DNA of 64,000 nt from Bacillota bacterium (lineage in GTDB: Bacteria > Bacillota > Sulfobacillia > Sulfobacillales > JAIMBI01): positions 10,321 to 74,320 of the forward strand of contig JAJZWS010000005.1 of assembly GCA_021846565.1 (NCBI GenBank), read 5' to 3'. Each line of letters starts with the position of its first letter. Positions within the stretch are counted from its first letter, which is position 1. Shown piece after piece: positions 20,577 to 28,509 of this stretch. The notes beneath the pieces were generated by a model, which was not told the DNA's origin, ran no database searches, and saw nothing but the letters and a program-made list of their open reading frames with translations. The position numbers and the translations under genes were made by a program.

Positions 20577-21137
20577 ATGGCCATGAGTGGCGAGAAGGCA
20601 GCGGCCCCGGTGGGCCACGGCTCGGGCAGACCGACACGTCCGCTGTGGCGGGAAATTGTGCAGACGGTCGTGTTGGCCGCCGTGCTGGCCTTTTTGATTC
20701 GGACGTTTGTGCTAGAGTCCTTTCAGGTTCAGGGCCATTCGATGTTTCCGACGCTCACGACCGGCGACCGGGTGTTGGTGGACAAGTTGCTGTATCGCAT
20801 CGAGGGGCCGCGCACCGGGGAGATTGTCGTGTTCCAGTCACCGGTGAAGGAGAACCAGGACTGGATCAAGAGGGTCATCGGGGTGCCCGGCGACACGGTG
20901 AAGATTGTGGCGGGGCAGGTGTACATCAATGGCCACCGGTACGCCGAGCCGTTCGTCAAGCTCAACTACCGGTACAACTACGGGCCAGTCACGGTAACGC
21001 CGGGGCATTTGTTCGTGCTGGGCGACAACCGCACGAACAGCTACGACAGCCGCTACTTCGGGCTCTTGGCCGAATGGCGGGTGAAGGGTGATGCGTTCGT
21101 GGTGTGGTGGCCGCCCAAGGTCATTGGCGGCATCTAA
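20577..21137 (+). CDS. lepB: signal peptidase I
   Basis: GHSMFPTL catalytic Ser, IKRVIGVPGD catalytic Lys, GDNRTNSYDSR. Confidence 0.95.
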   Translation: MAMSGEKAAAPVGHGSGRPTRPLWREIVQTVVLAAVLAFLIRTFVLESFQVQGHSMFPTLTTGDRVLVDKLLYRIEGPRTGEIVVFQSPVKENQDWIKRVIGVPGDTVKIVAGQVYINGHRYAEPFVKLNYRYNYGPVTVTPGHLFVLGDNRTNSYDSRYFGLLAEWRVKGDAFVVWWPPKVIGGI

Positions 21138-21157
21138 CCGGAAACGGGCCCGGGCAT

Positions 21158-21186
21158 TTGACACGCAGGGTCGCGCAGGGTAGCAT
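21158..21186 (+). promoter_or_regulatory. sigmaA promoter of Ehr operon 1
   Basis: TTGACA-N17-TAGCAT directly upstream of the riboswitch. Confidence 0.75.
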
Positions 21187-21202
21187 GCCAACGCAACCAA
21201 TA

Positions 21203-21264
21203 CGGCGATGGAGACCGCCGGGGCTACGCCCGAACTGCCAGAGCATCTGGCTAATGACTCCTAC
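21203..21264 (+). ncRNA. fluoride (crcB) riboswitch aptamer 1
   Basis: CGGCG-ATGGAGAC-CGCCG (P1), GCCAGA-GCA-TCTGGC (P2), TAATGACTCCTAC; GGAG/CTCC pseudoknot; matches the consensus GGCGAUGGnGUUCGCC...GCUAAUGACnCCUAC. Confidence 0.9.
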
Positions 21265-21303
21265 CGTGCACGTGACGTTGACGTGGCGGTAGGGGTATTT
21301 TTT
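21258..21303 (+). terminator. riboswitch expression-platform terminator 1
   Basis: CTCCTACCG...CGGTAGGGG followed by TATTTTTT; the 5' arm overlaps the aptamer pseudoknot strand (ON-switch layout). Confidence 0.82.
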
Positions 21304-21329
21304 GTGCCGAAGCGGGAGAGGAGTTGCAC

Positions 21330-22262
21330 ATGCCAATCGTGGCACAGGGGCTGCAAGTGTTGTTTGTTCTGGCATTCGCGCCACTTTTAAAGGGCATCAT
21401 GGATCGGGTGAAGGCTCGCGGCATGCGGCGACAAGGCCCTCCGTGGGTTCAGCCCTATCGGAATCTGTGGAAGTGGGCTCACAAGTCCATCGTGCGCACC
21501 CCATACACCACGGGCCTCGCGGACTGGGTTCCCGTGTTATATTTCACGGCGCCCCTGATAGTGACTCTGTTAATCCCGGTGTTGACCACCATGCCGCTGC
21601 CGCTCGCGTTTATGGCGGACATTTTGGGCGGCGGACTCATTTTGGCCGGAGCCGGCTTTCTGCTGTTGTTCTACGCCCTGGACTCGGGCAGCGCCTACGC
21701 GGCCATTGGGGTGAGCCGCATCCGGCTCATCGGCACCCTGGGGGAACCACTGACGGTGATGGCCGTGTTCACGGCCGCCGCCGTGGGACACTCGACGATT
21801 CCCTACACGGTCAATCAGGCGTTCTTCGCCCAAAGTTTCTTCGCCCCGGTGCACCTGTTGGTGCTCCTGGCCTGGTTGCTGCTGCTGCTGGCCGAGGCCG
21901 GCCGCCTACCGGTGGACAACCCCGATTCGTCCCAGGAGCTGTCGCTCATCGACCCCAACCGGGTGTTTGAAGCCAGCGGCCCGGATCTGGCGCTGCTGGA
22001 GTGGGGCGGGTGGATGAAGTACACCGTGCTGTCCATCATTCTGGTGAACGTGTTGGGCTGGCCCGTGGGATTGGCGGCGATGCTGACGCCCGGCGCGCTG
22101 GCGCTGGCGATTCTGACGACGGCCGCCAAGCTGGTGGTGGTGGGGCTCGTGGTGGTGGGCATTGAGCTGTCTTTCGCCAAGCTCCGGCTGATGCGCATTG
22201 CGGAGTACCTGACGCTCTCGGTGGCCTTGGCCGCGCTGGCGGCCTTGGCCGCCGGGCTCTAG
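21330..22262 (+). CDS. Ehr complex 1 membrane subunit, HyfC/HycD (NuoH-like)
   Basis: RRQGPPWVQPYRNLWK, AEAGRLPVDNP, E.SG..LALLEW. Confidence 0.88.
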   Translation: MPIVAQGLQVLFVLAFAPLLKGIMDRVKARGMRRQGPPWVQPYRNLWKWAHKSIVRTPYTTGLADWVPVLYFTAPLIVTLLIPVLTTMPLPLAFMADILGGGLILAGAGFLLLFYALDSGSAYAAIGVSRIRLIGTLGEPLTVMAVFTAAAVGHSTIPYTVNQAFFAQSFFAPVHLLVLLAWLLLLLAEAGRLPVDNPDSSQELSLIDPNRVFEASGPDLALLEWGGWMKYTVLSIILVNVLGWPVGLAAMLTPGALALAILTTAAKLVVVGLVVVGIELSFAKLRLMRIAEYLTLSVALAALAALAAGL

Positions 22263-22314
22263 CGGCGGATTGGCGCCGATCCGGTTGCAGACTTTGTGTT
22301 GAAGGAGGAGCGCC

Positions 22315-22935
22315 ATGCCGGTGTGGTTGGTGCATCCCACGCTGATGGCCGAAGCGGGGGCGGCGGTGGTGTGGCTCGCGGCGAATCTCATTGCGCTGGC
22401 CCGCCGGCCCGCCACGGCCATCAGTTGGTATGCGATCGCGGGACTGGTCGAGGGGGGGCTGGCCGTGTTATGGGGGCTGGCCCACCACCAGGCCGCCTGG
22501 TGGAGCATGGGGATTTTGTGGATGGCCGCCAAGGGCGTCGTGGTGCCGCGGTGGCTGTTGGCGGCGCTGCCGCCGGACCGGTGGGAACTGGTCGCGTCCG
22601 GCACCCCGCGCCTGCTGCTGGGCAGCGCGGTGCTGGTGGTGGTGACCGTGGCCGCCGGAGGATCGGCGGGGGTGGCGGTGGCGGCGCTGTTGACCCCGTT
22701 TTGGCTTTTGACCCAGCGGCGCGAGCTGTGGGTGGCCGCCATCCTGCTGATGGAGGCGGAAGTGGCGCTCGGCTTTGTCGCGCTGGGCGCGCACGTCGCA
22801 CCGGCGACGGTCGATGTCCTGGACGTGGCCGAGGTCCTGTGGGCCGGGGCCCTGCTGGCGTGGCTGCTGCGGCGGGGCCGGCTGGATTGGGATGAGCCGA
22901 TTCACACGACGGCGCTTCGGCGTCTGAGGGGGTAG
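22315..22935 (+). CDS. Ehr complex 1 small membrane subunit, HyfE-like
   Basis: Hydrophobic; KGVVVPRWL and C-terminal TTALRRLRG typical of HyfE; same position as the HyfE of operon 2. Confidence 0.7.
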   Translation: MPVWLVHPTLMAEAGAAVVWLAANLIALARRPATAISWYAIAGLVEGGLAVLWGLAHHQAAWWSMGILWMAAKGVVVPRWLLAALPPDRWELVASGTPRLLLGSAVLVVVTVAAGGSAGVAVAALLTPFWLLTQRRELWVAAILLMEAEVALGFVALGAHVAPATVDVLDVAEVLWAGALLAWLLRRGRLDWDEPIHTTALRRLRG

Positions 22936-22940
22936 GCGAC

Positions 22941-24269
22941 GTGGCGGTATGGGTTCCCATCGCATGGGTGATCGGGATGGGAGCATTGGCGTCCGGGCGG
23001 GGCCGCTGGCCACTGGTGGCGGCCGCCGGCACGGCCTTGGCGGCGGCACTGGACGTGTCGCGCGCGCTGGCGCACCCGGCCTGGACGGCCGAATATGGGG
23101 CGTTGGTCCTGGTGCTGGCCACCTTTGCGCTCATCATGTCGCCCGCCTATTTCCTGGGGGCAGCGGTTCACCACCCGTGGCCCGCGGCCCGCGAGCGCTG
23201 GTACTACGCTTGGCTCGGGGTGTTTGCGGCGGCGCTCCTGGCGCTGGCGGCGCCGTGGCCGCTGGTGGATCTGTGGGTGGCCGTGGAAGCCACGACGCTG
23301 TCATCGGTGCTGCTGGTGGCCCTGCCCCCCGGCGCCGGGCCGTTTGAGGCTTCGTGGAAGTACGTGACGCTGGCCATGCTGGGCGGACTGCTGGCGTTGG
23401 GCGGCATCCTGCTGATGCAAAGTGGCGCGGCGGCCGACGTGGCCGTGGGGGCGCTGTTGATGCTGGTGGGCTTTGGGATCAAGGCGGGCTTGGTGCCGTT
23501 CCACACCTGGCTGCCGGACGCGCATGCCGAGGCGCCCGCCCCGGTGTCGGGCCTGCTGTCAGGGGCCGAGCTGGGGGGGATTCTTATCGTGGCGTGGCGC
23601 GGACTCACGCTGGCTCAGGGGCTCCTGCACCAGCACTGGCCACTTCTGGCGCTTTTGGCGCTGGGGCTCCTGTCCCTGCTGGTGGGGGTGGCTTTGATAT
23701 CTCGCCAGCACAATCTGAAGCGTCTGTTGGCGTACTCGTCCGTCGAGCACATGGGGGTCATTGCGGTGGGGCTGGCTTTTGGGGGGCCGGCTCTCTTAGG
23801 GGCGTTTCTGCACGTGTTTACCCACGGGTTGGCCAAAAGCCAGGCGTTTTATCTCTCCGGGTCGGTGCAGGCGCACTACGGGACCGTGGACACGCGGCAC
23901 ATTCACGGCCTGGGCCGCCGACTCCCGTGGACGGCCGGGGGTCTCATGGTGGCCATCGGAGCTCTGGCCGGCCTGCCGCCGCTGGGGCCGTTTTGGAGTG
24001 AGTGGCTGGTCATTCAGGGAGGGTTGGCGGACAAGGGGATGGCGGTGTGGGCGGCTCTGACGGCGCTGCTGCTGGCTGGCGGCTTCGTGGCGCTCATGTA
24101 CCGGCTGCCGCGGCTCTGGCAGGGCTCTCGGCCTCCGGTGCCCCCCGAGGGGGCGGGGCCGCCGGAGTCCAAATTCCTTTCCCTGCCTGTACTGTTGATG
24201 TCCAGCCTCACGATGTCGGCCGGGGTGGTCGTGCCCTGGGTGTTCCTGGGGTTGGGACGGGGGGTGTAG
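22941..24269 (+). CDS. Ehr complex 1 antiporter-like subunit, HyfF-like
   Basis: WVAVEATTL, EASWKY, GFGIKAGLVPFHTWLPDAHAEAPAPVS, KRLLAYSSVEHMG. Confidence 0.88.
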   Translation: MAVWVPIAWVIGMGALASGRGRWPLVAAAGTALAAALDVSRALAHPAWTAEYGALVLVLATFALIMSPAYFLGAAVHHPWPAARERWYYAWLGVFAAALLALAAPWPLVDLWVAVEATTLSSVLLVALPPGAGPFEASWKYVTLAMLGGLLALGGILLMQSGAAADVAVGALLMLVGFGIKAGLVPFHTWLPDAHAEAPAPVSGLLSGAELGGILIVAWRGLTLAQGLLHQHWPLLALLALGLLSLLVGVALISRQHNLKRLLAYSSVEHMGVIAVGLAFGGPALLGAFLHVFTHGLAKSQAFYLSGSVQAHYGTVDTRHIHGLGRRLPWTAGGLMVAIGALAGLPPLGPFWSEWLVIQGGLADKGMAVWAALTALLLAGGFVALMYRLPRLWQGSRPPVPPEGAGPPESKFLSLPVLLMSSLTMSAGVVVPWVFLGLGRGV

Positions 24270-24270
24270 C

Positions 24271-25653
24271 ATGGCCGACCGCATGATCGTGGGAATTCCG
24301 GAGTCGCACGCAACCGATCCGCTGTCCGATGCGCTGGGACAGATGGCGCGCGACGGCGCCGCCCTGCTGCACGCGTTCCTGAGCGCGCGCGGGCTCACGT
24401 TGGTCATCGCACCGGCAGCCCGGGGCGCGCCGGAGGAGATGGTCCTGGGGCCCGGTCCGTTCTCGCGGCCCACTCGCGCGGGCCATCAGCTGTTTTGGGG
24501 GATCGAGCACACGCTGCCCCCGATCGTGTGGCATCATGCCAGCCGGCGGCGCCCCGTACGGGGGCGGGGACTGCACCTCATGCCGCTCGGCCCGGTGCGC
24601 GGTGACGTGTCCGAGTCGCTCGCGTACCAGCTGGTGGTGCTGGGCGACGAGATTCACCAGGTGCGGCTGCGTGCCGGGTACAAGCGGCGGCACGTGGCCG
24701 AGGCCATGACGGGGGCGGATGTGTCGGCCGCCCTCCAGGTGGCCGAGCGGGTGACGGGGACCTCGCGGGTCGCGCACGCCCTGGCGTTTTCCCTGGCGGT
24801 GGAACAGGCGCTGGGCATCGGGGTGTCTGCCGCCGACCAAGAGGCCCGGGTGGTGCTGGCCGAGTTGGAGCGCATCACGAGCCACGTAGGGGATCTGGCG
24901 CTGTTGGCGGCGTCGACGGGCACCGTGGCGGCCGCTGCCGACTGGTTTCGCCTCAAAGAGACCCTGCTCAGGTTTCAGGCGGCGCTCACCGGGCACCGGT
25001 ATCTCATGGGGGTGGTGGGGCCGGGTGGGCACCGCCGGCCGCTGTCCCGCGAGCTGTCGGCGCTGCCCGCGCTGCTGGCCGCGGTCCGGGCGCAGGTGGA
25101 CGCCGTCGCCAGTGCGCTGGACGTCACCAACAGCTATCTGGATCGGCTGCACGGTGCGGGCCGCCTGCCCGAATCCCCGGACGGCGGGGTGTACTGGACG
25201 GGGTTTGTGGGCAAAAGTGCCGGACTCATGCGGGACACGCGCTGGGATGCCCCGTATGCCGCGTATGGGGCCCTCACGGCCGGTCTGGCGCCCGTGTCCG
25301 TCAATCGGCCCGATGCTTACGGCCGCGCCTGGGTGCGTCTGGGCGAGGTGCGCCAGAGCTTGCAGATGCTGTCGCGGGTGATGGATTTTAGGTCTCCGGT
25401 CGAGACCGCGGCGCCCCCCGAGAGGCAGGGTGGCGACCGGGGGGTGGGCTACGGGATGGTGGAGGCGCCCCGCGGCCGCCTGTGCTACCGCCTAGCGGTG
25501 CACGCGGGGCGCGTTCGCGCGGCGTCGCTCACCACGCCGTCCCAACTCAACTGGCCCGCGGTGCCGCTGGCGTTGGAGCAGCGAAACATCCTGCAGGATT
25601 TTCCCATCATTGACGCGAGCTTCTCCCTGGCTGTGTCCGCGTTGGACTTGTAG
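24271..25653 (+). CDS. Ehr complex 1 large subunit (HycE/HyfG/NuoD-like, no Ni-binding cysteines)
   Basis: GPVRGDVSES, ERVTGTSRVAHALAF, AELERITSH, VEAPRG, QDFPIIDASFSLAVSALDL; L1/L2 CxxC motifs absent. Confidence 0.88.
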   Translation: MADRMIVGIPESHATDPLSDALGQMARDGAALLHAFLSARGLTLVIAPAARGAPEEMVLGPGPFSRPTRAGHQLFWGIEHTLPPIVWHHASRRRPVRGRGLHLMPLGPVRGDVSESLAYQLVVLGDEIHQVRLRAGYKRRHVAEAMTGADVSAALQVAERVTGTSRVAHALAFSLAVEQALGIGVSAADQEARVVLAELERITSHVGDLALLAASTGTVAAAADWFRLKETLLRFQAALTGHRYLMGVVGPGGHRRPLSRELSALPALLAAVRAQVDAVASALDVTNSYLDRLHGAGRLPESPDGGVYWTGFVGKSAGLMRDTRWDAPYAAYGALTAGLAPVSVNRPDAYGRAWVRLGEVRQSLQMLSRVMDFRSPVETAAPPERQGGDRGVGYGMVEAPRGRLCYRLAVHAGRVRAASLTTPSQLNWPAVPLALEQRNILQDFPIIDASFSLAVSALDL

Positions 25654-25708
25654 CGCCCACACAGACGCAACGCCCGGGAGAAGTTGCCACACGAGAAGGG
25701 AGCGCCGC

Positions 25709-26245
25709 ATGTTTTATCGACGATGGCTTATGCACTATCTGAAGCGGCCGGTGGTGACCAGCTTTCCGGGTCAAGTCGACCCGGCCGCTCCCGCGCGCGC
25801 CCCGCTGGAGCCAGCCGCCCATCCGCTGTTTCGCCAATCGCTCACCCTGCGTCAGGTGGATGGGGGGTCGTGCAACGGCTGCGAGGCGGAGATCCAGCTG
25901 CTGGCGAGCCCGGTCTACGATCTGTCGCGCTTTGGCTTCGCGCTCTCTCCGTCGCCCCGCCATGCGGACCTGCTGCTCGTGACCGGCGTCATCACCGAGG
26001 CGATGGTGCCCGTCATCCGCACCGCCTACGACGCCATGCCTGAACCCCGCCTGGTGGTGGCGGTGGGCGCGTGTGCCACCGAGGACGGCGGCGGGTTTCA
26101 CGGCATGCCGGGGGTGGTGGGGCGGCTGGACGGGGTGGTCCCCGTGGCCGTGCGCATTCCCGGATGCCCACCCAGCCCCAACGACCTCCTGGCGGGACTG
26201 CTGGCAGCGGTCGGGCGCCCCGCACGCACCGCGGAGGCCCGCTGA
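25709..26245 (+). CDS. Ehr complex 1 small Fe-S subunit (HycG/HyfI/NuoB-like)
   Basis: DGGSCNGCEAEI, SPRHADLLLVTG, VGACA, IPGCPP. Confidence 0.9.
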   Translation: MFYRRWLMHYLKRPVVTSFPGQVDPAAPARAPLEPAAHPLFRQSLTLRQVDGGSCNGCEAEIQLLASPVYDLSRFGFALSPSPRHADLLLVTGVITEAMVPVIRTAYDAMPEPRLVVAVGACATEDGGGFHGMPGVVGRLDGVVPVAVRIPGCPPSPNDLLAGLLAAVGRPARTAEAR

Positions 26246-28230
26246 TGCTCGCGGCCGCGCTCTTGGTGCTGCTGACCGCGATTGCCGCCGGGCTCGGCCT
26301 GCTGCACGCGGGTCGGCCTCGGTCGCGCGCCGGGGCGCGCCTGGCGGTTGGCACCTGGTTCGCGCTGGCCATGGCGGGCGCGGTAGGGCTAATTTGGCGC
26401 AGTGGCACGCTGCGTCTGGTCACGCCGGTGGGGTCGGTGGGATGGCACGTGGATCCGTGGGTGGCTGGCTGGCTCATGGTCGTGGGGCTGATGGGCGGTT
26501 TCGCCGTGAGTGCGCGGGCCGCGGCCGGGGCGGTGCCGGGAGAAATGATCGCGGTCAGCTGGCTGGCGGTGGGCGTGGCCGGCATCTTAACTGCTGCCGA
26601 TGCCCTGACCCTGGTGCTGGCATGGGGTCTTTTGACCGCGTCCGCCTATGGGGCGGTGGTGGCCGGGGCGCACCGGGCACGGGTGCTGGCCGCGGGCTGG
26701 GTGCTCCTGGTGATGAATGAGCTGGGCACCGCCGCGCTCATCGTCGGCGCCATCCTGCTGACAACCCAAGTTGCGGTCGGCCCGGTGGCGGACGTCGCCG
26801 CGCTGTTGGGTCTGTTGGGCCTAGGTGCGAAGACGGGGCTGTTCCCCTTTCAGGTATGGCTGCCGGTGGCGGAACCCGAGGCGCCTGGGGTGGTGGCCGG
26901 TGTGTTGTCCGGGGTGACCACGGCGGTGGTGATGGTGGCACTGGGTCAGTGGTACGGCTGGACGCATCCGGACCTGACCGTGGGCTGGATCACGGTGGGG
27001 CTCGGGGTGGTGGGCGGCGCCCTGGGGGCGGTTCACGCGGCCCTGGACCATGACTTGAAGCGGGTGTTGGCGTACTCCACCGTCGAGTGGATGGGACTCG
27101 CCACCGCGCTGCTGGGCCTCTCCGTCGTCTTTCTCCGCACCGGTGCCCCCGCCCCCGCGGGTGTGGCGCTGGCCGCGTTTTATGCCGTGGCCCTCATGCA
27201 TCTAGGCGCCAAGACGGCGGCCTTTGGCATTGCCGGGTGGGTAGAGCAGGCGGGCGCGGGGCGGCGGCTGGATGCCTTGGGAGGGCTGTATCGCCGAGCC
27301 GGGTGGCTCGCGCGGTGGGCGCTTTTGGCCGTGATTGCCCTGATGGCGCTGCCGCCCACCGGAGGGTATTTGGCGGAGTGGCTATCCCTGGAATCCGTCT
27401 TCATGGAAAGCGCCGGGCCGCTTAAGCCGCCGCTTCTGGTCGTGGGCATCCTGCTGGCGCTTTTGGCCGCCACGGGCGCCACCGCCATGCTGCGCTGGTA
27501 TGGCGCCGTATTTCTGGGGCCTCCGCGCGGCCGCAAGCTGCCGCGCCGTCCCGACGCGGGGTCCGTCCGCCTGGTGGGGGCCGGTGCGGTGCTGGCCGCC
27601 GTGGCGGGTGTGGGGGTCGGGTGGTGGCTGCCATTTGCGGCGCGCTGGGCGCCCCCGCTCGTGGGTCAGCCCGTGCTGCGGCACCTGGTGGCCCGGACGT
27701 TTGGTGCGCATCCGGCCCCGGCGCTGCTGGTATCCCTGGGCGGGCGCGTGTTTGCCGGGCTGCCTGGCGCGCCGGGCGCCATCGTGTTTCCGGGTCCGGG
27801 ATTCACGGCCATCGCCCCTTGGTATCTGCTGTGGTTCGGCGGTGCGATGGTGCTCGGCGTGGCGTGGGCGCGCCGCGCGTGGATGCGGCGGCACCAACTG
27901 ACCGTACGCCGGGAGGCGCCTTGGTCCGGCGGGTCCCACTATCGGCGGGAACACGCGTGGACCGCCACCGCGCTGACGCACCCCTTGCGGCTGGCCTTTG
28001 CCCCCGTGATTCGTCTCACGCGCCGCCGGCAGGAGGGGGCGGTGGTGCGTGTGGACACGGACATCGCCGATCGCCTGCTGGAGCAGGGGATGCGGCCCGT
28101 GCAGCGATGGGTCGGGCGCATAGCCGATGCGCTCGCCCAAACCGAGTCGGGGCTGGTGAGCCACTATGTCTTGTATGTGCTGGCGGCTCTTGCGGTGGGG
28201 CTTTTGGCGCTCGGCCTCCACGCCGGCTGA
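26245..28230 (+). CDS. Ehr complex 1 antiporter-like subunit, HyfB-like
   Basis: KTGLFPFQVWLP, LKRVLAYSTVEWMG, LPPTGGYLAEW; ATG overlaps the upstream TGA. Confidence 0.85.
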   Translation: MLAAALLVLLTAIAAGLGLLHAGRPRSRAGARLAVGTWFALAMAGAVGLIWRSGTLRLVTPVGSVGWHVDPWVAGWLMVVGLMGGFAVSARAAAGAVPGEMIAVSWLAVGVAGILTAADALTLVLAWGLLTASAYGAVVAGAHRARVLAAGWVLLVMNELGTAALIVGAILLTTQVAVGPVADVAALLGLLGLGAKTGLFPFQVWLPVAEPEAPGVVAGVLSGVTTAVVMVALGQWYGWTHPDLTVGWITVGLGVVGGALGAVHAALDHDLKRVLAYSTVEWMGLATALLGLSVVFLRTGAPAPAGVALAAFYAVALMHLGAKTAAFGIAGWVEQAGAGRRLDALGGLYRRAGWLARWALLAVIALMALPPTGGYLAEWLSLESVFMESAGPLKPPLLVVGILLALLAATGATAMLRWYGAVFLGPPRGRKLPRRPDAGSVRLVGAGAVLAAVAGVGVGWWLPFAARWAPPLVGQPVLRHLVARTFGAHPAPALLVSLGGRVFAGLPGAPGAIVFPGPGFTAIAPWYLLWFGGAMVLGVAWARRAWMRRHQLTVRREAPWSGGSHYRREHAWTATALTHPLRLAFAPVIRLTRRRQEGAVVRVDTDIADRLLEQGMRPVQRWVGRIADALAQTESGLVSHYVLYVLAALAVGLLALGLHAG

Positions 28231-28285
28231 CCTCAAGGGGTCCTGCACGGAGCGATGACCAAGACGTGAAGAGGACCGAAGCGCG

Positions 28286-28316
28286 GACGGGCGGCCACAG
28301 CGCCCGTCTTTTGCTT
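28286..28316 (+). terminator. intrinsic terminator ending Ehr operon 1
   Basis: GACGGGCG-GCCACAG-CGCCCGTC-TTTTGCTT. Confidence 0.65.
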
Positions 28317-28417
28317 GGGTGGCGTCGCCGACGAAATACGGTGCAGAAGCGGGCTGACGGGAGATACCGCGAGGCGAAAGGACGACGGGACGGGAATCCC
28401 TCTGGTGCACGGCCCGT

Positions 28418-28446
28418 TTGACAGGCAGGGTGTGAAACCGTACACT
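28418..28446 (+). promoter_or_regulatory. sigmaA promoter of the DHA2 transporter, followed by an AT-rich possible operator
   Basis: TTGACA-N17-TACACT; downstream AT-rich TTTATATAGCGAAATAAA. Confidence 0.65.
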
Positions 28447-28509
28447 CTTGGTAGAAAGTTTATATAGCGAAATAAATCTGGCCGTTTCCACAAGCGAGGG
28501 AGGCGTCGC

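Noticed and set aside
24271-25653. Calling the operons true [NiFe] hydrogenase 4 / formate hydrogenlyase
   Set aside because: Both large subunits lack the L1 and L2 cysteine pairs, and no hyp or fdh genes were recognised in the window
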